Source of the DNA: Lobosporangium transversale
Lineage: Eukaryota
Direction: 5' to 3'
DNA length: 64,000 bases
Assembly (NCBI RefSeq): GCF_002105155.1
Contig: NW_019029002.1
Coordinates: 62,001 to 126,000 of the forward strand
Positions within the stretch are counted from its first letter, which is position 1, and each line of letters starts with the position of its first letter. Below are positions 13,429-26,495 of the stretch, one piece after another. The notes beneath the pieces are model-generated. The model made no database searches. It worked only from the letters and a program-made list of their open reading frames with translations, and had not been told where the DNA came from. The position numbers and the translations under genes were made by a program.

Positions 13429-16400
13429 AATAAAAACAAAGATGCAAGTAATGACTAATCATCCAGAGCGTGAGCAACGATGTTTGTACTATTATGTTAG
13501 TACTGGGGATGAGAATATAAAAAAGAACAAGGAAAGGAGGTTGGGTAAGACGGACAATTGATGAGATATTGAAGATCATTAAAGCAAGTACAAAGGTTGA
13601 CATCAGTGATGGTGACATTGGGGACAGAAGTGGCGGAGCAACCAAGGCCAATACTTTTATTACAATGTTGTACTGTAAGAAAAGGATTAGCCTTATTTGC
13701 AAAGACAGGCTTATTAGTTTGACCATGGTCACTAACTTTCCTTTACTCTGCAACAGTTGGTGAAGGCATGTTGATTGACTATGGTGACAAGTTTATTGCA
13801 AGTAGAAGGTCGCTCTATCATTTGCCCATGTCGCTCCTATGGTGGTGAACACACACCCAAGGTCGATTCCCAGCGCAACAAGGACCCAGCACTGACAAAA
13901 ATAAGGCCAACGCGGCCATGCAGCAAGCACTCTATGGAATAGTATGTACAAGAATGAATAGACAAAGATGATCAATTATGTAACAACATGCTCAGCATGA
14001 ACAACGAACTTTCGATTCACACTACAAGAAGCAACAAAGTTCAGTCAGAATAGAAGGTCATTCCTTTGGTTATTTCTTTCTGTAAAGATGTTAAATATGG
14101 TTTGCTCATTCATGGGGAGAAAAGCAATCTTTATAATCATGAGGACATAGGACATCATTTAGTTTCACTTGCAATTGGCATAAGGGGCCATATCCCCAGC
14201 TATTGCTGAGGTTAGCGTTTATTGTCAACTCTAGGCGCTACCGGTTTCCTCTCGCTTCATAGTTCGTGTGTACTCGGAACTGTTCCTTGTATCGCGGTCG
14301 TTTAATAGCATCACCGGTCTTTCCCCAAATGTGTTACTGTTAAGAACTTCGTCAAGGTTTGATTTTCTAGAATATGCAGAACTATACTCATCCAAGAAAC
14401 GATATATACTCAGAGCGCTGGTCCTAGACGCGTACGAGTTTAGACAGTAGAGCAATATGCTTAATGTTCATACTTCGCTGACGGCGGTAGGCGATAGGAA
14501 GCGATGGACGTGCTAATAGAATCAATCGTGAGCAGCCTTGTGGGTACCGGTTGTGGTAAGCATGATCGAGCTATATGGCACCCTTCGAGTTGCGAACCGT
14601 TACGTTCCCACATCTGGCCTTTCGAGACTTTCTACTTGGATGCGGGTCTGCTTGTGACGTGGTGCTGCAAAGCAAAATGTCCGCCTCAGTTGCAAGGACA
14701 GATGAAGGGATAGTTCTGGTTGCTTGATTGAAATTGGGTCTTGGTCCAGGCTTTACCATTCACTTTCGCAGGGTTGAGAGCTGCCAGGGTCATTTCTTAA
14801 TTATCTATTCATTACCAATTCTGTTTAATCTAGTGCAGACTCTTGAGCCATTAGTTACACCCAGTAATCTTCTTTTTGTTCCATTGTGTTGGTATTTCGT
14901 TCAATATATCCAGTTCGGCTATGAATATTCCATTTGCATTGCACCTCTTGTGAGTCTATTTGAGTAAATATATCAAGAACTGGTGCTGTGCTATCTATTT
15001 CGTCAAGATGATAGCGGCTTCTCACGGCTTTAGTTTAATACCGATTAACTTTGCTCTCTGCTTTGAGCACTAAAATGCATGAAAGCAAATATGCTCAAGA
15101 TATTGGGGGAATTACTCAGACGACTTTTATATTCAAGAAGGCAGATGCAAAGGACCCCGAGTAGTAGATCTATCAAAGAGTAACGGCAGCAACGGAGGCA
15201 TGTTGGTTGGGGCATATTGAGAAAGGGACTGAGATGAGGACCGTTATGTCAACGGTCTCGAGTTCGGTGACTCTATTCATATTCACTATGAGATGTTAGG
15301 GCTCATAATGGTAAGGTGCATTCTCTCTTAGTTTGATATGCCAGTTTGCTGGGAATGGTTTCATTCTTCCTCTAAAACTACGTTGGCGGTATGAACATCT
15401 CCACCTTTCACAGTGTCATATTCTTACAAATATTTGTGTTCTTGTGCTCTTCTTCATCTTGTGAGTAGAGAGCTGAAGAGAAAGAGATCCATCAACACGA
15501 ATGGATGATATTTATATCTGAATCGCAAAGAGAGTGGTAGGAAAAGGTGATCACTGGTTCATTTATTTGCATCTACTTCTTCGTTGATATGCCTAATCTA
15601 GTTTCATTTTCCGCATGGCTCGCTACTGGTTCTTGAAGTCCATAGTAAGGTGCAAACAGTGATAGTGAGGATGTAAATTATTGCTGTGGATCAGAAGTTG
15701 CTTCATTTGAACCCTTTGATACTTTGAGTACCAGGCTCATCATCAAGACGCAATGATGAATAGGACCGAGAGGCAGGAGACAATTAGTATGCACACACAG
15801 AGATCAAGGCAGAGCAGCAGGCTCTCCCAGGAAGCAAGAGAACCAAAATGCTCACTTTCTTTTGTAGGAATGTGTGTCTTTTTTATATATTTCCTTTCCG
15901 TCTCTCGATCCCTCATTGTGGACGCCCTTTCCACCATCACTACGGCTTCTTCTTTACTGCTGTTGTCGTCTTGCTCAAGTCAGGCCCGGCTCCAATAGCT
16001 CACTGTTTGCTATCTTTGATTTCTCGGTGTGTTTAAAAAAAAAGTTGACAAGCACGAAGCAAATGTTCCTTTCTTTCTTTTTTTTTTGACATCCTCTTTT
16101 TCCCCTCTGCAAACAGGGCTTCTTTGTGGTTACAACAAATGTAAAAAATACAACACTTACTCTTATTTTTATTTTCACCTTGTCCCAGACCATCTTCCTT
16201 TTTTTTCTCTTGTTCTCATTCTCTTAAGTACATTGTCACGAAGTATACCTAATTTTCTCTCCTTACTACCATTCATAGCAGATCCTGACTGAGTCAGTCT
16301 GTTGTACATCGTTCACGAATCGTATTCACATATTCCTCAGCTCAAAAGCGGAAAAAGCATCCAGGCCATCTATCCATCTATTACTTTTTTTTTTTTTCTT

Positions 16401-16507
16401 TTTTTTCTTTCACAGCAGTTCCAACCCTCCTTCTGTCTCTCTTTCTCTTCCTTTGCCGCCCTCGCCACTATTACCCATCAGGATTCTCATTGCATCCTCA
16501 CTCCTCC

Positions 16508-19500
16508 ATGGCACAGTCCCAGCAGAGGAAGCCAGGTAGCTGGGACAATGATCATTTGATAAAGTAAGCACACAATAACGCTTTTCTATTCACACTCTTA
16601 CCTTCATTGTACAGGAGCTTGTGCATGCTCCATTTTCACCTACTCAATACCCTGTTGACCACACAAAGGATCAGACATGTCCATTTATTAGTGATTCATA
16701 AAACATAATCTCGGTGTAACTGTCATTGACGGAAGAGGATCCATTTAGAAGACTAAATTGATTGGGGATATAGATAATGTCCAGCATTTCAACAAAGCAA
16801 TAACAGCAACAGCATTAGCCATGGCAGCAATAATACGCGTTTTTTTTTTTATTTTTTTTTATTTTTATTTTTTATTTTTATTTTTATTTTTATTCCTTAA
16901 CTTCAAGCGTGCAATGAAGTGGGTCATCACGGAGTCTAAAATAATATGGATGGAATGGTCTCTCAGCTCAGCATCGTTGGCATCCTGAAGTGATTGTTTG
17001 GTGTGTGAGCCAGGTGGTCTGTACACCATGGCGACAGGTGTCAGGTGGAGCGCTTACCGTTCACGCCCAGCTCTTTAATTCGATCGTGGTGTCACCAATA
17101 GATGAATAGATGTGTTGAAGGGAGTATCTTGTCCTTATTACCACCATTATAGATTGCTGTGGTCAGATTAAATACAAACCGAACCTGGCTCATAAGGAGC
17201 GTGTGGGAGCAAGTGTGAATGGGTAGAAAGAAGGAGATGGTCGAAGAGAGTTTTGACAAGAGAGAGGGCACTGCAATTGACGGCCAGGGGCTGCCGTCGT
17301 TGGGCCTGTTTCATCTCTGGCACGCACCAACACAGAATTACAAACTGCGAGAGCATATTTTGAGCACAGAGATGTGGTATTTTTGAGCAATACTAACGGC
17401 TCAATTAGGGCCGATCCTGTATGCTACCACTACAGATGAAGGTGAAGAACTCAACGATAGCAAGAGTCAGTCAGTATTGTTGAAGACATCAGTCAGTAGG
17501 GGAGAGGATGTCGATGACAACAGTAACCTCATGTTTGTGTAGAGCAGTGTGTAGATTTGTTTGTGCATTATTCTTTGTCTTCCCACTGCAGCTTGTGGGG
17601 GCTTTGATGACGAGAATATGGACCATCTTTGTTATCTGTCAAAGACATCAAGGATAACTTAGCAATCAGTGGGGATGATCGGCTTATTATTATGATTTAT
17701 GACTGACTAACAGCAACCTTTTCCTATCTTCATTCTCTCTTTGACATATGAAGTCTGTTCATTTATGATTATTGTGTCAAGCGCAACTTCCATGCATCCG
17801 CAGATGCATTCGCCACAGATGCTCAGCTAGGATCAGACCGCAAAGTTCCTTTTGATACCCAAGAAGGATTTTTATATGAGTGGTTTGTTGTGTTCTGGGA
17901 CTGTTGGAGCGCTGGCCAAGCCCAACTCGGGACTGCAAGCAAGGATGCTGTCACATACATGGATGTAAGCAAATCGATGTTAGTAGTGCTTGGTTGGCAA
18001 AATTACATTAGCATCTGTATGCCATAAGATTGTCTAACTGCTCCTCTTTTTCTAGCTTAATCCCCTGAATCGCCAGCTGGTACGGCCACTAGCACAAATG
18101 CCACTTCAAATGCGGGGTGTCTCGCAAACTCAACAAGCACAGCAAGCGCAAAATCAACAGCTGTATCAACTACAGCAACATCAATTACAGCAACAGCAGC
18201 AGCAACTACAGCAACAGCAACTACTACAACAGCAACAAGCGCAACAACAAGTGCAACAACAAGTGCAACAACAAGTGCAACAACAAGTGCAACAACAAGT
18301 GCAACAACAAGTGCAACAACAGCAAGCGCAACAGCAAGCGCAACAGCAAGCGCAACAGCAAGCACAACAACAGCAAGCACAACAACAGCAAGCACAGCAA
18401 CAGCAAGCACAACAACAGCAAGCGCAACAACAGCAAGCGCAGCAACAAGCAGCACAACAACAACAAGCGCAACAACAGCAAGCGCAGCAACAAGCAGCAC
18501 AACAACAGCAAGCACAGCAACAACAAGCGCAACAACAGCAAGCGCAGCAACAAGCAGCACAACAACAACAAGCGGCACAACAACAACAACAACAACAGCA
18601 ACAGCAGCAGCCAATCCAACAACAGCAGCATCAGGTACAAGCACAATCTCAGCCTCAACAACAGCAGCTCCAGCAACAGCAGCTCCAACAACAGCAGCAG
18701 CTCCAACATCAGCAGCAGCTTCAGCAGCAACAACTCCAACAGCTTCAGCAGCAACAGTTCCAACAGCAACAACTCCAGCAACAGCGAATTCAGCAACTTC
18801 AACAACAACAGCTACAACAGCAACAACTTCAACAGCAACAACAGCTTCTACATCAGAAGCAACCGCAAGCCCAGCAAGGCCTTCATAGTCAGCAGGCCCA
18901 ACAACCGCAACATATCGGAAATACGATGCAGTCACCGCACGTCGCTCATATGCAGCCATCGTTCTCCCAACACCATCAGCAGCAGTTGTCGCAGACAGGG
19001 ATTATAGGTATCCATGCCTCTCCGCAGTTTGCGGCCGCGCAGGCTACAGGTCAAGCGACTCCAAGCGACTCTGTAAGTAAAAACATGTGTTGATTGGAAG
19101 CTTATGCTGTTTTTGATAAATACTAACCTGCTTAAAATTCATGACATTCAATTTATAGGTACAAATTGCCAACCAAATCCAGAAAGCTCAACAAGCACGT
19201 GGGTCGTAAGGCAGCCTTTTTCTTTTTTTTTATATTTCATCAGCTATACTCATAGTCCGTCAAATATATTAACTTATTAATTGAATAATCAATTGCACTT
19301 AAACTCAGGGCGATGATGAGTCCGGTTCCCAAGAATATGTTATCAAAACATCAACAATTTCTACAACAGCAGCAGCTTCTGCAGCAACAGCAGTCTCAGC
19401 AACCTCAGACACAATCAAACCCAATGACTCCACAGATACAAGGACAGACTTTGGATCAGCATAATATGCTGTTGCACCGCCAAAAAACCCATCCACAACA

Positions 19501-22500
19501 GTATTTAATGCAGATGCAGCAAATGACTGGGGCAAGAAATACGGGGACGTCTCAGGTATGGACATGCGCATACATCATATTTTGGATATTGCATGAAATG
19601 AACTTTAAATGAAGCGACTGAATCTTGTTCTTATAACTGAATTCGATCACCTTACATAGCCAGCGGAGCACGCAACTCCTGGACCTAACGGGGTAGATTC
19701 TCTGATGGATTCTCCTCAGGATCGTAAACGAATCCGAAACAATTCAATAGGAGGATTTTCGCCAGTCATTAGCCAGGTGACTCATGCAACACCATTGCAG
19801 CACAATGCTGCACTAATGGCTGCCAATGTAGGCTCGCCTAATATGATTGGATCACCCACAACCTCTAACGCGCAGCTTGTTACAGTTGCATCAGAGATAC
19901 CAACCAAAGGGAATAGAAGAAAGAAAGGCGTCAAGAAAGAACAGTCAGTAGATCCTACTATAGATTCTACTACTCCTGCAGCTACACCAGGAACACAATT
20001 CAGTATGCCAGCTACGCCTGCCACCAACGGATTTAGTAGTCCTAATATAACAAATATTCAACAGCTCCATTCACAACAGCAGACACAGCATACGCAAGTG
20101 CAGCAGCAAACTGCACAGCATACAGGTCAGCCCTCACTCCAATCACAGACACAACCACAGCCACAGGTCCCAGCTCAGGCTCTGTCTCAACCCCAAACTC
20201 AAGCTCAGCCTCAGCAGCAGCAACAATTGCAACAACAGCAACAAGCTCAGCAAATTCAGCAACAGCAACTCCAACACCAGCAGTTGACAATGCAAATGCA
20301 AATGCAACTGCGTGCTCAACAAGCACAACATCAGCAACACCTGGCAGCCGTGGGTGCAATGAATACGCACATTCGCCCTGTTATGGCGAACGCTCCGGTA
20401 CGGCCAGGCGTGAGCCCGATTATGGGTGCTGCTGTTCCAACAACCATTCAGTCTACGGTGGGAAACCCAGCGAGTGGGATGGCGCCACAATTTCAGACCC
20501 GTCATTTACAACAAGCGCAGCAAGCGCAGCAAGCGCGTATACAGCATATGCAAATGCACTACCAATTACAGCAGGCTCAGCAACAAGCGCAACAACAGCA
20601 GCAATTGTATGTACAACAACAACAAGCTCAGCAACAAGCTCAGCAACAAGTCCAGCAGCAAGCCCAGCAACAACAGTCACAGCAGCAGGTACCGCCTGGT
20701 CCACAAACACCACAAGATACTACCCAAATCAAGAGTGTACAAAGTCCAATTCCTCAAAACAGTGTACCTAATGGTTTACATGCTCAGGTTGATGTACTCA
20801 CGGGTGCTCCTGGAACCACCCTCGGTCAGGATGTAAATCATCAAAATGTGTCGTCCCCTACAAGCCAGGCTATCCGAGACCGTATCAACTCGATGCAATC
20901 ACCTAGTAACACCAGTAATCCAACCACGCCCATGAACACTGGATCACCAACCGTGCGTGCTCGAGCGACGCAACAGCAGCTTCATGCTCAACAGGAAGTG
21001 CAAAAGAAACAGCAGCAAGCTATGCAGTGGAGTCGCCAACAGGCCCAGGGAGCAGCAGCAGCAGCGGAAAACGTAAAGCATCATTTACAGCGACAGTCCT
21101 CCATGATGGCGCAACAGCAACTTGGTGAGGTGAGTTCGAACTCAAGAGAATTATAGCAAAAACCCTAGGCTACTTGGATAGTGAACGAAATAGAGGCTTT
21201 TTATAGTTTTGTTTTTTATTCGTATTCATATATTCACTCGTTTATTTATTTATCTATTTATTTTAGGACTTTGTGGGATCTCCAAGTCTTGCGTCGCAGT
21301 CTACGACGTCAGCTACAATCATTTCCCCAGTTTCTGCAGGGTTGGAGAATATGTCGATGAACACGGGGGCCGTAGAGGAGATAAAGCCGATCCAGCTCAC
21401 ATATAGCAGTGGATTTGAGGACATCATTGACAATGATGGGCTACAGATGGATGGCATGGGTATAGAAGGATATGGTGCTAATATGTTTAATTTGAGCAGG
21501 AGCGAAGGTTCGTGATGAAGCGAGACTGGTGTGTGGCATTTCCTTTGATTTGTTTATTCCATTTTAAGGCTATGCAAAAATTAGGTTATGCGATAAGCTA
21601 GAGATGTCATTTGGTGCCAGTTGTTTGCTGACCTGAATGAGCCACTTTCTGCTTATTTTCATGTATCAATCAGACCTACAGTTGTCATCTGCGCATGATT
21701 CACAGCTGCAGTTGTTTGGAAGTTTGGAGGGTCACGGGGGGAAAGTTAATGCCTGCGCCTTTTCGTTTAATGGGGAGTGGCTGGCCAGCGGAGGAAGTGA
21801 CCGCAAGGTATTGATCTGGTCTGTGATCAACAAAAAGCTCAAGTACACAATCGATCCTGGATCAGATGGTCATACAGCCCATATCACTTACGCACGCTTT
21901 AGCCATGATGACAGACTGATCTTGGGGACAACATCTCACGATAAGACTGTACGTATCTGGGATCTGTCATCTGTTACTCAAGCAAATGCTTCGACAGTCA
22001 AGTTAATTCAGATTCTTAAAGGACACAACACTACGGTCACATCCGTGGATTTCAGCCCGAGCCCAGGGAGCAATCATTGTATGTCTTGTGATTTAGAAGG
22101 CGAGCTTCGTTTGTGGGACTTTACGACAGGGCAGTGTGAACAGTCGATGAAGATGGTAAGCCTCTCTTTTTTTAAACGAGGTCCTCAGTTTCTATTTGTT
22201 CATTAAAATTTTTGTTGGTTTCTTCATAGTCTACCAAGTCGGTGTCTTCTCCTAGTCCAGTTCGATATCATCCACATAATTCGAATATTGTCGCAGTCGC
22301 AATAGGTGGAACGCTTTATATTGTTCAGGTAGACGATAAAAAACATCAAGCCATCAGCACTACCCATAGCAATCCGATTTTGACAATCGATTGGTCTTCA
22401 CAAGGCAACTATTTAGTATCAGCGTCAGCTGATCAAATTTGTGTATGGGAAACGACGCAATGGCGTGTTCTCAGGTCGCACCAGTCGGCAAAGATACAAA

Positions 22501-22817
22501 GCTGTGCCTTTCTAAAGAGCATCCCAAGAAGCAACAATGTCGCTGCATCAGGGGTCGCAAGCTCATCTTTAGCACAAGCTCAAAGTGCGGTCACTCGACT
22601 GGTTTATGGGGAGTATGAGAAGATCTGGATTTGGAAATTCAATGCGGGTGGATATATGGAAAATCCCACATTAACGAATTCACAGGCGCATCCAGGAGCA
22701 ACCGTGACTGCACTTGCTTGTACTACGACAGCTCTCGATGGTGAAAAGTCAGTCGTGTTGGCAAGTGCCAGTGCTGGAATTGATGGCAATTTGAAGCTAT
22801 GGGGCGTTGCTGGATGA
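16508..22817 (+). CDS. LUFS(LisH)-polyQ-WD40 transcriptional regulator (LEUNIG/Flo8/SSDP-like); about 9 exons
   Basis: Exon 1 (16508-16563) plus exon 2 (17754-17964) give SWDNDHLINLFIYDYCVKRNFHASADAF...EGFLYEWFVVFWD, a LUFS domain. Q-rich exons and WD40 repeats follow (GHGGKVNACAFS...LIW, GHTAHIT...RIWD, GHNTTVTSVDF...RLWD). All GT-AG junctions checked by hand are frame-compatible. Confidence 0.85.
18130..18910 (+). repeat. Coding CAA/CAG-rich tandem repeat (QQQV, QQQA, QQQQA units)
   Basis: Perfect 12-nt CAACAACAAGTG units from about 18244 to 18316, followed by 12-15-nt variants. Confidence 0.95.
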
Positions 22818-23580
22818 TCGATATTCCTGAAGGCATTTTATATATTTATTTTACACTTTTTAATTTGGTTTATTCGTTGATGCATCTTTTTTTTTTTTTT
22901 TTTTTTTTTGCTTATTTCAAGTCTTCGCCACTAATATCTCGTACCTCCTAAATTTTTTAATAACTCCGCTTGTTCCTCTGTTAATATACCATGTAAATCT
23001 TATTAGTTTGCACTTTTCTTTTATTGTTTTTGCTCAAGTATCAATTTTGTTTTCTCCTTTCCTCTTTTTCTTTTCTTTGTTGCGTGTTCTTCACGTCTGT
23101 AAAAACTCGGCCAAACTATATTAAAACACAAATTTAGAGATATAATTGTATGTATGCGAAAATGTGGAACAAATGAAGTAACATAAAGTTATGCATCTTT
23201 CTCTTTGGCTTTGTGCAAGATGTACTCAGTCCATGCCAGAAGCCAACTGCTCTTCTTTGATATATACTTTCTCCACAGCCATACTCTTCTTCAACAAGAT
23301 TGCTGTTTTCTTTGGCTGATGTAGAGTTGATCTACTTCTTCTGTAAAAGGATTTGATACAGGCCAATTTTAAGTTAAGATGAAATGATGGCAGATTAAAG
23401 CTTAGATTTATTGACCAGATATTATGGAACCGGATGCGGTTGTCGAGATGGCAAAGACGATATAAAAAGAGAGGGAGGTCGAAAAAAGATACAATGATGA
23501 TCGTCCAAATATAAACGGGTGCACCTATAGATCAAAGCAATATGCAAATACATATTACTATTTTATATTCACAAGGCTGC

Positions 23581-25293
23581 CTACTCGGATGTCTTGGCTG
23601 CTCCGATATCCTTGCCTGAGTCTACATCAGCAAACATCGCGTCTGATTCAGCTTTAATGTTGCCATTCCTAACCTTTGGCGCGAATTCTTGCTCCACGGC
23701 TCTACTGGTGATTGTGCTCAAGTCAACTGTTGGTCTAACAGAGGTGTTGCTACCGATATCATCGTTGCTACCACTGTTCGTTAGATTCACTTGACGTTTC
23801 TTACTTCTTTTCTCCTTTTTTTTGTTTTTTTTCTTTTTCTTTGAAGTTTCACCTGCATACTCCGAAGGTGCAGTTGACGATGTCTGGTCGCTGGTGTCTT
23901 CAGAGTGAAAAGAATACATTTGGGCTGCAATTGTAGGTGAGATGATGATTGGCTCAGTGATAGACGATGTCGAGCTTTGGTACCGTGACCGTGAAATAAA
24001 AACCTGTTCGTGGATCCCTGGTTTCCTAAAGTCTATGCAAGATACGCCCTCCACGTGACCTGTCGGGCTAAACGATTGTTGGGTACCGGTATATGATAGG
24101 GTATCCACTGCGTTGAATGTAGGTGTTGCTCGCTCAGGTGAATCTAGACGACTGCGAGCGTGGATCAAAATGTCATCCTTGATATCAGCAAAAGACTTGG
24201 GATGGACGTCTTCCACTCCGCAAACAGGCGAATACTCAAGTTCTGAATCATCTTCCTTGTATAGCAGGAGGCTACCTCTTGTCATACATGAAGTTCCAAA
24301 TGAATTCGAGCTATTGTTTGAGATCGCTGTGTCCTTGTTTACAGTATACTCTTCGGAAGATCCCCGCTGTTCAACTTGATTTGACTCTGCGAAGGGCTCT
24401 TCGAAAAGTTTCACTCCTTCCGAGACATGACTATGTTGCGGAACTTGGACTTCTTCAGCAATGGTAGTATGAATATCCTCCTGTATAGTGCAGTGCTTAT
24501 TTTTTATAGTGCCCTCATCTTTCTTTATCATCGTTAACTTGTCCTCTCGAGTATCTTTATCGGTATTATCAGCGACAAGGCCAGCTTTTCTCGTGGCGAC
24601 GAATGAATTCTTATCAGTAGTCAATATAACGTCCCTCTTGCTTCGCTCATTTCTCACTTCACTGTTAAGACCAATTTTTTCAACCAACGTTGCTGATCCT
24701 GTAGTCACAGTCTCTCCAAAATCTTGTTCAATCACATATCCTTTTGGACACGGCTTCGCTCTCTCTTCTTGGGCCATTGCGACCACTCGTTCAGTGGAGG
24801 GGATAGCAGGCGTTTCTTTCGAGGCTATTTTACGTTGGGTAGTGCTCAAATACGGATAATCACATTGCTCTTGGCAGTTCAGCTGCATCGCGTAATATTG
24901 TCGCCATTGTAAATGCTGCGGTTGTTGCTGATGTTCAAGTCGCTGATTCAAATTCTTAGACTTTACAGAAATCCCTCGGTTCGTAATTTCTTGATCAGTT
25001 ACCCTATTTGGTACGACATCCAAAAGATTGAGGGTAAGCTCTGAAAAAAACCAAATGACACTGCAAGTCCAGGCGGTAAAGATCCCCTGCCATGTCCTAG
25101 TTTTTGTGGGAATTTCCCAGGGCAAGAATGCGACGGATGAAAGTGATGGGTCCGGCGGAAGAGGGCGAATTGGATGATCAAAGAACAGATAGTTGAGGAT
25201 TTGGAGCTCATAGATCACAGTTGCAAGAACAAGAGGTAGGCACTCGATAATGCTTTGAGGGACAAAGGCTAAAAGCAAGTCCATGGGATCCAT
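23581..25293 (-). CDS. Uncharacterised protein (hydrophobic N-terminus, disordered acidic body, basic NLS-like KKKKKNKKKEKRSKKR)
   Basis: 570-aa ATG-initiated ORF with no recognisable domain. A frame-compatible last exon may lie at about 23226-23340. Confidence 0.7.
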   Translation of the reverse strand: MDPMDLLLAFVPQSIIECLPLVLATVIYELQILNYLFFDHPIRPLPPDPSLSSVAFLPWEIPTKTRTWQGIFTAWTCSVIWFFSELTLNLLDVVPNRVTDQEITNRGISVKSKNLNQRLEHQQQPQHLQWRQYYAMQLNCQEQCDYPYLSTTQRKIASKETPAIPSTERVVAMAQEERAKPCPKGYVIEQDFGETVTTGSATLVEKIGLNSEVRNERSKRDVILTTDKNSFVATRKAGLVADNTDKDTREDKLTMIKKDEGTIKNKHCTIQEDIHTTIAEEVQVPQHSHVSEGVKLFEEPFAESNQVEQRGSSEEYTVNKDTAISNNSSNSFGTSCMTRGSLLLYKEDDSELEYSPVCGVEDVHPKSFADIKDDILIHARSRLDSPERATPTFNAVDTLSYTGTQQSFSPTGHVEGVSCIDFRKPGIHEQVFISRSRYQSSTSSITEPIIISPTIAAQMYSFHSEDTSDQTSSTAPSEYAGETSKKKKKNKKKEKRSKKRQVNLTNSGSNDDIGSNTSVRPTVDLSTITSRAVEQEFAPKVRNGNIKAESDAMFADVDSGKDIGAAKTSE

Positions 25294-25957
25294 TGTTGGA
25301 AGATGTTTCTGACTCTTATCGTACTGTGATATGATATTTGAGTTTTTTTTTTTTTTTTTTTTTTACGGCGAAGAATAAAGGGATGTAGAATACAGTAAAT
25401 GGTTAAGAGAAAGTAAGAAAGCGAGGTGGAGAAAGACTTGAGGCTCGGTTTTTATTCAAGCGAAAAGGAGGACAAAGGGGTCTTATGCAGGATGAAAATG
25501 GATATGACTATGAGCATAAAAAAACCCCCAATTCGATCATTCATCACTTGTATTGTGAAGTGATCAGTCAAACGATTATTTCTCTCGCTCTCTGCCTTTC
25601 TCGTGTTTTTCTTTTTTCTAATGATATCGACTGATGTCACCTCAACTGATGTCTTCGCGACTGATCAAAAGAAAAAGATACACTCCTGTCTCAGTTTTTT
25701 GCATAAAATGTAAAAAGGTGGATTTTAAATTGGAAAATGCCGAGTGAGAGGAAGACAAGTAGAAATCAGCCAATAGACCTGCGCTTTTAGAATATAAATT
25801 TTAAATTAAATGTGGATCTAGCCAATGAGCATCGCAGAACGTACATAAAGCCTTCTTTTTTGCTTTTTGTGCAAAAAATTCAGACAGGAGTTTCCTTGCG
25901 ATTCCTCCAACAAGCCCACAAAGAAATGTCATGGGGTGTAATACTCTTCCTTGTATC

Positions 25958-26222
25958 CAGTGTATCGTACTGATGTATTGAAGTTTTTTTTCAGTAAATT
26001 TTTACTTATTTTTTTTACTTAAACATCGGTAAAAAAAAAAAAAGTAAATTTCAGTAGGTGCTTACCGATTTTTACTGAAATTTTACTGATGTTTCAGGAG
26101 GCCTTGTGCCTAATTCTCCGTATACGCACGAGCAAGCCAAAGCCATACTGATGACTCCCCATTTATGCAGATGGAAAGGTTGTCAGGGACACCGCGTTGT
26201 TCAGAACATGTACACTGTGTCT

Positions 26223-26257
<35 letters not shown>

Positions 26258-26484
26258 TGAAAAATATGTCTATCAGTATGAAATGAAGGTGATTCGTTTT
26301 TAATCATGGCAGCATGTTGGATACTTGATAGAAGTTGGGTCTCATGTTCCGCTGTCCCTGACAACCTTTCCATCTGCATATATGGGGAGCCATCAGTATG
26401 GTTTTGGTTTGCTCGTGCGTATACGGAGAATTAGGCACAAGGCTTCCTGAAACATCAGTAAATTTTCAGTAAAAATTGGTACTG
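25958..26484. repeat. MITE-like/foldback structure with ~130-bp inverted arms (26063-26191 and 26353-26481)
   Basis: TACCGATTTTTACTGAAATTTTACTGATGTTTCAGGAGGCC...GTCAGGGACA recurs as a reverse complement with few mismatches. Short CAGTGTA (25958) and TACACTG (26217) termini bound the left copy; TTTACTGA/TCAGTAAA motifs recur. Confidence 0.85.
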
Positions 26485-26495
26485 TACTCAAAATT

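Noticed and set aside
13450..16500. About 3 kb with scattered 60-120-aa ORFs
   Set aside because: No motif, consistent strand or exon chain; probably intergenic or upstream regulatory DNA.
17600..17710. Possible box C/D snoRNA (TGATGA...CTGA) in the long intron
   Set aside because: Imperfect box C, no terminal stem or recognisable guide, and it overlaps the branch point.
18057..19007. Long alternative-frame ORFs (poly-Val/Ala, poly-Asn/Ser, poly-Leu)
   Set aside because: Shadows of the CAA/CAG repeat, which lacks stops in several frames.
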